Virus record (IMG/VR): IMGVR_UViG_3300020515_000010
Coordinates: 1 to 43,788 of that record
Length of the DNA stretch: 43,788 nucleotides
Direction: 5' to 3' (one strand)
DNA from: a virus
Taxonomy: Duplodnaviria; Caudoviricetes
The position numbers and the translations under genes are program-made. A model generated the notes under the pieces. That model was not told the origin of the DNA and made no database searches. It worked only from the letters and a program-made list of their open reading frames with translations. Below are positions 9,548 to 17,900 of the stretch, piece by piece. Position 1 is the stretch's first letter. Every line of letters begins with the position of its first letter.

Positions 9548-10531
9548 ATGTCAGAAGAAATTTTAAATAAGGCGGCTGTAACAGGAGTTATTGCTTCAGG
9601 AGGAATTGGCGGTGTTTCAACACCATCAAGCGAACTTGGACCAGTAGGAACAGCAAAACCAGCAGATGGTGGAGGTATCCTAAATCCAGAACAGTCACGC
9701 CAATTTATCGAATACATCTTTGAACAACAAGTTCTTGCTCGTGATGGTCGCCGTGTAACAATGCGTGGCAACACAGCAGAATTAGAAAAGATGAACGTTG
9801 GAGAACGTGTAATCCGTGCTGCTGCTCAAGCAGACGCAGCATACACAAATGCTGGAGTTACTTTTACAAAGGTCGAAATTACTACAAAGAAAGTTCGTCT
9901 TGATTGGGAAGTATCATCCGAAGCACTAGAAGATAATATCGAAGGTGCAGCATTAGAAGATCACTTAGTTCGTACAATGACTCGTGCATTTGCAAACGAT
10001 CTTGAAGATCTTGCAATCAACGGAACAGGTACAGGCTCAAATACATTCCTTAACATTTTGGAAGGTTTTGTTGCCAAAGAAAACAATGGTCACAGTGCTA
10101 CTTACGGAACAGATATTGAAGACTTACAAGCACTTGTGCTTGCAATGCCACGTAAATATCGTGCTTCTCGTTCAGCAATGAAGTTCTATGCCGATACTGA
10201 AACTGTTGCAGCAATTATCAACGGTCTTGGTTCAAGTGGTAACTTAAACACTGAAAGAATCGTAGAACGTGTTATCGATGGTGCAGCACCTCAAACAATT
10301 GGTGCTCCAATTCAATACCGTGTTCTTGGTCTTCCATTAGTTGAAGTTCCATTGATGCCAGCAGGATTCGTATCATTGACATTCCCAGAAAACCGTATTT
10401 GGGGATTCCAAAGAGACGTTACTGTTCATCGTGAATTCCAACCTAAGAAAGATACAGTAGAATATACTACTTTCTTACGTTTTGGTGTTCAAATCGAAGA
10501 AGAAGACGCAGTTGCTTACATGCAACAATAG
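9548..10531 (+). CDS. Major capsid protein (HK97 fold)
   Basis: GGILNPEQSRQFI, EALEDNIEG, ANDLEDLAING; SD GGAGGT; followed by a terminator. Confidence 0.92.
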   Translation: MSEEILNKAAVTGVIASGGIGGVSTPSSELGPVGTAKPADGGGILNPEQSRQFIEYIFEQQVLARDGRRVTMRGNTAELEKMNVGERVIRAAAQADAAYTNAGVTFTKVEITTKKVRLDWEVSSEALEDNIEGAALEDHLVRTMTRAFANDLEDLAINGTGTGSNTFLNILEGFVAKENNGHSATYGTDIEDLQALVLAMPRKYRASRSAMKFYADTETVAAIINGLGSSGNLNTERIVERVIDGAAPQTIGAPIQYRVLGLPLVEVPLMPAGFVSLTFPENRIWGFQRDVTVHREFQPKKDTVEYTTFLRFGVQIEEEDAVAYMQQ

Positions 10532-10549
10532 TTCTCTTTAGAACAACTC

Positions 10550-10590
10550 GAAGGGGGGACACGTAAAAATGTCCTCCCTTCAACTATTTT
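10550..10590 (+). terminator. Intrinsic terminator after the capsid gene
   Basis: Stem GAAGGGGGGACA / TGTCCTCCCTTC followed by aactatttt. Confidence 0.8.
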
Positions 10591-10595
10591 ATAAA

Positions 10596-10604
10596 TGATA
10601 TAAT
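10596..10604 (+). promoter_or_regulatory. Extended -10 promoter
   Basis: TGATATAAT immediately after the terminator. Confidence 0.65.
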
Positions 10605-10620
10605 AAACTTGGAGGATATT

Positions 10621-10806
10621 GTGTACGAATCTAATAATAAAATTGCTTTATATATAGAAAATGCAAGCGTTACTGATAAAGAATTAGGTAAATTAGTTCG
10701 TGGATATAATATCGTTTCAGAAGAAATTGCAAATCAATGGGTAGAGAAAAATAGTAAAGTTAGAATTGCTACCCCACAGGAGGTAGCAGCCGCTTACGGC
10801 TTATAA
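10621..10806 (+). CDS. Small hypothetical head-associated protein
   Basis: ORF track 10609-10806; GGAGG at 10611 favours GTG 10621. Confidence 0.65.
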   Translation: MYESNNKIALYIENASVTDKELGKLVRGYNIVSEEIANQWVEKNSKVRIATPQEVAAAYGL

Positions 10807-10808
10807 TT

Positions 10809-11681
10809 ATGGAAATATTAAGACATACAGATACAACTAGTTTAGTAGCATCTTTTCAAGTTTCATCAAGTGCAAGACACACATTAGAATATGACGACCT
10901 ATTAACAGGAGAGTCCTTCTCAGCCTCAGCAACACCACTATACGGCACTGTTTCCTTTACATTGAACAGCAAGTACCTAACCTATACAGGAAACCTTGTA
11001 GCGTCTGTTAAAAACGTTTCTGGAGATGTTGTAGCGTTAACCAACATAGACGTAGTAAGACCATACTGTAATACAGATAATATTGCATCAGCATTGAACA
11101 TTACCGACGGTAGTGAATTAGACTATGAAAGAATTACTAGATATATCATAGACTCACAAACACAAGGATTCTCATTTGTAAGAAAAGAAAAAGAAGTGGT
11201 AGGAAATGGATCTGACTACTTACCAGTAGATGAAAAGATATACAAAATTTATAAAGTTTATCAAAACGGACATTTAATATTTGATTCCACATCTGCAGTT
11301 AATGAAGTTTCTTTATTGATTAGTAAGGATGGAACATCTATAATCTCAGTAGATCCAGAAGTTCCAGAGAATAAGATTAATTATAAACAAGTTTGGAGAG
11401 AAAGATATCTAGACGCAGACTTTAATGAAGGCTCTGAATATGTGATAGATGGTGATTTTGGGTGGAAGGTAATTCCACAAGATGTACAAGAGGCTTCAGA
11501 ACTACTTATTCAAGATCTAAAGAATAATACTTTACAGTACGTAAACAGATATATTGAATCATTTGATAATGATGACTATAAGATTAAGTTTGCTAAAGGT
11601 GCTATATCAAATACAGGTAACGTAACAGTAGATAAGATCTTGGAGAAATACAGAAACAGAATCCGTCTCGGGGTGTTGTAA
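10809..11681 (+). CDS. Head-to-tail adaptor
   Basis: Synteny; GDFGWKVIPQDVQEASELL and TGNVTVDKILEKY adaptor-like C-terminus. Confidence 0.7.
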   Translation: MEILRHTDTTSLVASFQVSSSARHTLEYDDLLTGESFSASATPLYGTVSFTLNSKYLTYTGNLVASVKNVSGDVVALTNIDVVRPYCNTDNIASALNITDGSELDYERITRYIIDSQTQGFSFVRKEKEVVGNGSDYLPVDEKIYKIYKVYQNGHLIFDSTSAVNEVSLLISKDGTSIISVDPEVPENKINYKQVWRERYLDADFNEGSEYVIDGDFGWKVIPQDVQEASELLIQDLKNNTLQYVNRYIESFDNDDYKIKFAKGAISNTGNVTVDKILEKYRNRIRLGVL

Positions 11682-12152
11682 ATGCTTCCTAATGCAACAG
11701 GAGGACTTAACGACATTATGTTTCCAATGACTGCTGACGTATATTATGCAGAAACAAAACAACTAGATTATGGCAACGTGTCAAAGACTTGGGTATATGA
11801 TAGAACTGTAAAATGTTCAGTAATCACAGAACAGTCTGGTGACCTCATTGGTGAACTAAAGACAAAGGGAACAGACTTTGTATATGACTCAAGTAATTTT
11901 TTTAGAACACCAGAAGATTTAAGAAAGAAGTCTAATGGAAAGTATTATCCAATAACCTCTATATCTGTAACAAATATAAAAGATGCTTCAGGAACTGTTG
12001 TATGGATTAATGGATCAAACAAGCCTAACTCAGCAGAACCAGTTCCAACCAAGTATGAAATTAAGACTATAGTTCCAACATTTAATTATGACAACACTTT
12101 AAGATATCTAAGAGTATTTATAAGTAAGTCTCAGAATCAAAGGTGGGAATAA
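11682..12152 (+). CDS. Putative head closure/stopper protein
   Basis: Synteny; 156-aa beta-rich protein. Confidence 0.5.
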   Translation: MLPNATGGLNDIMFPMTADVYYAETKQLDYGNVSKTWVYDRTVKCSVITEQSGDLIGELKTKGTDFVYDSSNFFRTPEDLRKKSNGKYYPITSISVTNIKDASGTVVWINGSNKPNSAEPVPTKYEIKTIVPTFNYDNTLRYLRVFISKSQNQRWE

Positions 12153-12838
12153 TGAGAGTTAAATTAGATGCAACCGACCTTATGGCTACTTTAAAAAATA
12201 CAGTTCAATACTCGGATTCATTCTTAAAACAACTTAAAGCAAGCGAACCAAAACTAACACAAAAGATTGCCGATACTTCTATTGTTGCTTTCTATGAATA
12301 CATGGATGGAATTGCAAGATCTCATCCAGGAATGTTTCATCACGTTTATGAATGGGGTCAAGTAGGAGATCCATTTGGAAGACTGTTTGAATTAAATAGA
12401 ATCTTGGCTAGAAACAGTGCAAGAATAGATGCAGACTTTTTAGCATCTCAATCAACATCTCCAAACGGAACAGAACCATTTTACGATAAGGCTCAAATAA
12501 TGGAAGAAGGAAGCCCAGTTATTGTTAAAGAAAAAGATGCTTCAGTTCTATTCTTTGAAATAGAAGGAGAAGAGTTCTTTAGACATGGACCTATTTATAT
12601 AGCAAATCCTGGGGGTAGTGCAACAAGAGGATCTTTCCTTAATGCATATAATGAATTCTACCAATTTTACTTTACTAACTTTTATTTAAAGACTATAAGA
12701 TTTTATGAACACTTTGATACACCACAAGAATTTATTAGAAATTTCAAGTCAGCAGTTAAAAGTAAGACTGGTGCTGCTGCCGCAGGTCGCAAAATGGCTT
12801 TGTCATGGATTGAATCAGCCCCAGGAGATGTAGCATGA
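12152..12838 (+). CDS. Putative neck/tail completion protein
   Basis: Synteny; TAATG coupling gives start 12152. Confidence 0.45.
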   Translation: MRVKLDATDLMATLKNTVQYSDSFLKQLKASEPKLTQKIADTSIVAFYEYMDGIARSHPGMFHHVYEWGQVGDPFGRLFELNRILARNSARIDADFLASQSTSPNGTEPFYDKAQIMEEGSPVIVKEKDASVLFFEIEGEEFFRHGPIYIANPGGSATRGSFLNAYNEFYQFYFTNFYLKTIRFYEHFDTPQEFIRNFKSAVKSKTGAAAAGRKMALSWIESAPGDVA

Positions 12839-13434
12839 AAATTTACAGACCAGAAAATATAATTAATAGATATGTTTGGGAACAATTTAAAACCCAAGCA
12901 CCTTCTTTCTATAATCTTTATCCACCAACTGTTGGTGCCGATGACTTTATTCCATTCTTTCCAGCGGGTACAGGAAATATACCTCCTGAAATTATAGAGA
13001 ATGATTTACCTTACATAGTATTCGATAAATTCACTAAAGTTAGAACAGGTAAATACAAATATTTCTACCCTATTAAAAGTGAGCAAATGAGATATACCAT
13101 TTATGGTGGTTCTTTATATGGGGCTGCAACCAATGGTTCAGATCGATATGGGGTAACAATTAATCTTACTTCTTTAATTACCCTTGTATTAGATAGAGAA
13201 GATGTTGCAGCAAATGATATAAATGAATTTGCAGAAGAACTATATGATGACTATCCTGTTTCTGCAAGTCCTTCTGTATATGATTATTATAAATATAGGT
13301 TTCAATGTATAAATGTCTTCCAATCGGGGTATGCAGAAACTCAACAAGATGTATCTAACCTTATGGAGTATAAGCCTTCTAGGGACCTTATTATTAAATA
13401 TGATTATCATTCAAAACAGTATAATGAGTCATAA
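12835..13434 (+). CDS. Putative tail terminator protein
   Basis: Immediately upstream of the tail tube gene; LPYIVFD motif. Confidence 0.5.
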   Translation: MKIYRPENIINRYVWEQFKTQAPSFYNLYPPTVGADDFIPFFPAGTGNIPPEIIENDLPYIVFDKFTKVRTGKYKYFYPIKSEQMRYTIYGGSLYGAATNGSDRYGVTINLTSLITLVLDREDVAANDINEFAEELYDDYPVSASPSVYDYYKYRFQCINVFQSGYAETQQDVSNLMEYKPSRDLIIKYDYHSKQYNES

Positions 13435-13439
13435 AAGCA

Positions 13440-13503
13440 CGATATAATTAGATTGAGGAAATCGCCCCACTTTTCCTAAAAACAAGGAAGGTGAAAAAAA
13501 TAT
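13440..13503 (+). promoter_or_regulatory. Promoter and structured 5' leader of the tail tube gene; right arm of long-range inverted repeat
   Basis: TATAAT at 13443-13448; alternative stems AGGAAA/TTTCCT versus CAC-T-TTTCCT/AGGAAG-GTG covering the SD. Confidence 0.65.
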
Positions 13504-14181
13504 ATGGCAACATTAGGTAATAGCAATCAAATTATCGTAGGTGCAGCACAGGTATTCGTATCTACAGCAGGTGCTCTTGAATATGTACCAAATTCAGGAT
13601 CAGGATCTGCAGCAGTATACAACTTTGGTTCAGGTTCCGTAACAGGAATTCCAAATTTCGTATCTGGAACACGTTACGCAGATACACTTGAAGCAAATGC
13701 AAACTACAGAAACGTAGGCTACACAATGAATGGTTTGGAATTACAATTCCAACCAGACTTTGGTGAAGTTCAAGTAGATCAACTACTTGACGTAGCAAAA
13801 CTTTACAAGCAAGGTATGCAAGTTAACATGGTTACAGCATTCGCTGAAGCCACACTTGAAAATCTTCTTGTATCTATTGCAGGCAAAGATACAGAACTTT
13901 CAAATGGAGCAACACAAGACACTTTAGTTCTAAACTCAGGTGAACTTGGTGCAGTTCCAGTTGAACGTGCACTTATCGCAGTTGGTCCAGGTTCTGGAGA
14001 TCCAGAAGCAACAGGAGCAACAGCAGTAGAAAGAGTTTATGTAGCACACCGTGCATTGTCAATCGACAACGTAACAGTTTCTGCAAAGCGTGACGAACCT
14101 TCAATGTTTGAAGTTTCATTCCGCTTACTACCAACAGCAAATGGTTCATACGGTAAAATCGTAGACCGTGTAGTTGGCTAG
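13504..14181 (+). CDS. Major tail (tube) protein
   Basis: IIVGAAQVFV, NVGYTMNGLEL, VQVDQLLD, EATLENL, FEVSFRLLP; flanked by promoter and terminator. Confidence 0.85.
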   Translation: MATLGNSNQIIVGAAQVFVSTAGALEYVPNSGSGSAAVYNFGSGSVTGIPNFVSGTRYADTLEANANYRNVGYTMNGLELQFQPDFGEVQVDQLLDVAKLYKQGMQVNMVTAFAEATLENLLVSIAGKDTELSNGATQDTLVLNSGELGAVPVERALIAVGPGSGDPEATGATAVERVYVAHRALSIDNVTVSAKRDEPSMFEVSFRLLPTANGSYGKIVDRVVG

Positions 14182-14201
14182 TAACAACTTCATATACACT
14201 T

Positions 14202-14230
14202 AGCCCACTCCCTTCTGGGGGTGGGTTTTG
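14202..14230 (+). terminator. Intrinsic terminator after the tail tube gene
   Basis: AGCCCACTCCC-TTCT-GGGGGTGGGTT running into a T tract. Confidence 0.85.
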
Positions 14231-14239
14231 TGCTATAAT
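14231..14239 (+). promoter_or_regulatory. Extended -10 promoter for the chaperone/tape measure operon
   Basis: TGCTATAAT directly after the terminator; SD AGGAGG before 14264. Confidence 0.7.
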
Positions 14240-14263
14240 TTTAATATATCCATAGGAGGATAA

Positions 14264-14605
14264 ATGGCAACAAGTGTCTATGAAGTCGTAGAAATTGAAC
14301 TAATTGACGGTACAAAATTAACCCTAAGACCTTTAAGAATTTCTCTATTAAGAGATTTCATGAAAAAATTTCAAGGCTTAGATAATGTAGAAGTAGCATC
14401 TGATAATGATAAGTCAATGGATTTGTTAATGGATTGCATCACAATTGCAATGCAACAGTACAATCCTGAATTAGCAGATAAGAAAAAACTTGAAGATTTA
14501 GTAGATCTTCCAACAGTTTATAAAATTATTGAAATTGCCTCGGGGGTTAAACTTAACGACCCAAATTTACTAGCAGCAACGGCGGCTCTAAGTGGTCAGA
14601 ACTAG
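14264..14605 (+). CDS. Tail assembly chaperone (gpG-like)
   Basis: 113 aa, between tail tube and tape measure. Confidence 0.8.
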   Translation: MATSVYEVVEIELIDGTKLTLRPLRISLLRDFMKKFQGLDNVEVASDNDKSMDLLMDCITIAMQQYNPELADKKKLEDLVDLPTVYKIIEIASGVKLNDPNLLAATAALSGQN

Positions 14606-14937
14606 ACCTCGTTGCTATAGAATCTGAGGTATTTCTTCTTGGTAATTGGAAAGATTACCAGGAATTGGAGGACAGATTATCGATGCCTGAACTAGTGGCC
14701 ATTCTCGAAGCAAAGAGAGAACAAGACCATATTAACAGGAAGTTTTCAGCAGCACTACAAGGTGTTGACATCGATAAGAATAAAGTCTCTGGTGATGAAT
14801 GGGAACGTCTCAAGGCTAAAGTATATAGTAAAGGTCAAACAACTAATCCAAGAGATATTGTTGCCTTACAAGGACAAGCCGCTAAGCGTGCTGGTTTTGG
14901 TATAGGTAATGGTTTGGATTACGAGGTGATTCAATAG
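14264..14937 (+). CDS. Tail assembly chaperone, -1 frameshift product (gpGT-like, about 224 aa)
   Basis: Slippery C CCA AAT and A AAT TTA at 14560-14569; -1 frame open from 14557 to 14937 (GGSKWSELDLVAIESEVFLLGNWKDYQELEDRLSMPEL...). Confidence 0.8.
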
Positions 14938-17900
14938 TGGTTGATGCACAGGCCAATATTAGAGTCAATCTCGATGCTGCTCAAGCCCTTGCAGAATTAA
15001 AAGCCTTAGAAAAACAAATACAATTTTTTAACAAAAGCATTATTCAAGGATCCTCTGAAGCATCTAGGATTCAAAAAGAATTTTCTACTAGTTTAATTCA
15101 TAACATAAATGCTACAGGTAAATTTACTGCCTCAATGGGCAAGGTACATACAGAAACTGAAAGATTTACTAACGCTCTTGAAAAAAATAAACTATCTGCT
15201 AGAGAATACTTTAGATATTCTATGGCTTCCACAAAATCATTTGGAAAACTCTTTGGTAAAGAATTTGGAACTATTACTAAGGTAGCAGAAGAAAGAGTAA
15301 AATTATTACAAACTAGACATATTGAATTAGGTCGTGCCGCTGATGGTGCTATGAGAGCAGTTAAAATTGTTCCTAACTCTCTTGATTATTCAAAACCTAT
15401 TACCCAAATGCAACTTGCTATTCAAAAACAACAAATTTTTAATAAACTTTTAGACGCTGGAACAACAAAACTTTTAAACTTTGGTAAGAATACCCAATGG
15501 GCTGGACGTCAGTTGATGGTTGGTTTTACCATTCCTCTTACTATTCTTGGTTCTACAGCCATTAGAACTTTTAGAGACATGGAAATGCAGGCTATTAGGT
15601 TTAAAAAAGTATACGGAGATATCTTTACATCTACAGTAGAAACAGATGCTGCTTTAGAAAGTATTAAAAAACTAGCAAACGAATACACAAAATATGGAGT
15701 TGCTATTACAGATACTATTAAAATGGCTGCAGATGCAGCAGCAGCAGGTAACTCTGGAGCACAGTTAGAAAGCGTTGTTGCTCAAGCAACCAAACTTTCA
15801 GTACTTGGTGGGGTAGCACAAGATCAAGCATTAGAGGCAACAATTGCAATTCAAAACGCATTTGGTGCAACTGGAAAAGAACTAGACAAGACAATTAACT
15901 TTTTAAACGCAGTTGAAAACCAAACAGTAGTAGCACTTGATGATATTACTCAGGCTATTCCAAAGGTTGCTCCTGTAATTCAATCACTTGGTGGAGATAT
16001 TAAAGACTTAGCATTTTTTATGGCCGCAATGCAAGAAGGTGGAGTAAAAGCATCAGAAGCAGCAAACGCTTTAAAATCTGGTCTTGCATCTTTAATTAAT
16101 CCATCAAAAGCAGCAAATGAACAGGCTAAAGCATTAGGAATTAATTTAAATGGAATAGTTGAACAAAATGCAGGAGATCTAAAAGCAACAGTTATGACTT
16201 TTGCTACAGCACTAGAGCCACTTGATGAGTTGTCAAAATCAAGATTAATTGAAACAATTTTTGGTAAGTATCAATTTGCAAGATTATCTACTCTTTTTGA
16301 AAACGTAAATAAAAGTGGAACTCAAGCATCTAGAGTTTTATCTTTGGCTGCAGCCTCAACGGAAGAATTAGGAATTATGGCAGAACGAGAATTAGGTGTT
16401 ACAGCAGAATCTGCAGCAGTAAAGTTTCAGGCTGCTATAGAAAAATTAAAAGCATCTTTGGTTCCTGTTGGTCAAGCATTTGCAGAAGCATTAACACCTA
16501 TTATAGAATTTGCAACTAAAGCCTTAAATAAGTTTAACAATTTTTCAGACGGTACTAAAAAAGCAATAGTTGCAGTTATAGCAGCAATTGGTGGTATTGG
16601 GCCAGTACTTTTGATGTCTATTGGTTTGATTGCTAACGGTATTGCTAATATTGGTAAGTTTATTAATTTACTTCGTAAAGGATATCAATCATTAACAGTA
16701 GGTGGTGGTGAATTAGGTTTATCAACACAGTATTTAAGTTCTGAACAATTAGAAGCATTGTCTGTAGCAAATAATTTACATAATGCTCACGAAATGTTAA
16801 CTGATCAATTTGCATTAGAGGCAGGTGCTTTAATGAGGTTGACTAGTGTTTATAAGCAAGCAAATCAAGCAGCATCTTCATTTGCACAAACTAATCCACA
16901 ATTTTTTGCAGCAGGAGCCGCAAGTAAAATAAAAAATCCTAAATTTGGAAAACCTATGGCTAAAGGTGGTTGGGTTCCAGGATCAGGAAATAAAGATACA
17001 GTTCCTACAACATTGATGCCTGGAGAATTTGTTGTAACTAAAAAAGCAGCACAGGCTAATTCACAAACTCTTGAAGCAATGAATAAAGGTGGTCAAACCT
17101 ATAGGTCTTCTGGTACTCCTGGATTTGGAAAGATGGCTTACAGAGGTGGAGGCTCACTACCTCAATCTGATTCTGTATCCTTAGTTGGACATCTTCAAAC
17201 TTCTGGATTACACTTAAGGCAGGGTACTAAAAAAGATAATGGTGCTTATAGATATTCTGGATATACAATGTTTGGAAATCATTCTTTTAATCAATTAACA
17301 CAAAATCGTGCAGCAGATATTAGACCACTTATGGGTGGAGCAAATGTAGAAGGCTATCCATTGTTTAGAAAAGAAGCACAAGACATTGCAGATTTAATCA
17401 AAACTAAACCTGATTTAACTATAAATGAAAAAGTAGCCTTAAAAGTTTTGCAAGCAGAATTAAAACAATTTCCAACTAATGGTGCTTGGCAAGGTGAAAT
17501 GGGAAGACGATATGCACTTAATGCTTTGGCTGCAGAAGGGTTAGATCCTAATTCACCACAAGGTAAAAATGTATTAAATGAAATGCAAAAATCATTTAAG
17601 AATGCCTCTTCTGGTTCTAAAAATTCTGATCAATTAACAAGTAGATTGTATTCTAATGCTGATGAACTATGGGCAAAAGGTATTTTGGGCGATAAAGGTA
17701 TGAGATCAAAAGTAAAAAAAGGCTCGCCTCATAAAGAATATAGAAAAATGCCTATTGTTCAATTACTTCGTATGTTAAATGATCCAAACTTAGTAAGAGC
17801 ACAAGGAGGTTTTGGTTTAACTGTTCCTAAATTTTTAGATCCTAAATATGATAATGCAGGAAATCTTGTTAGTGTAATGGGTATGCCAATGACAAAACAA

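Noticed and set aside
14665-14937. Independent 90-aa gene
   Set aside because: The frame is open and protein-like back to 14557 and has a slippery site; better explained as the frameshift extension
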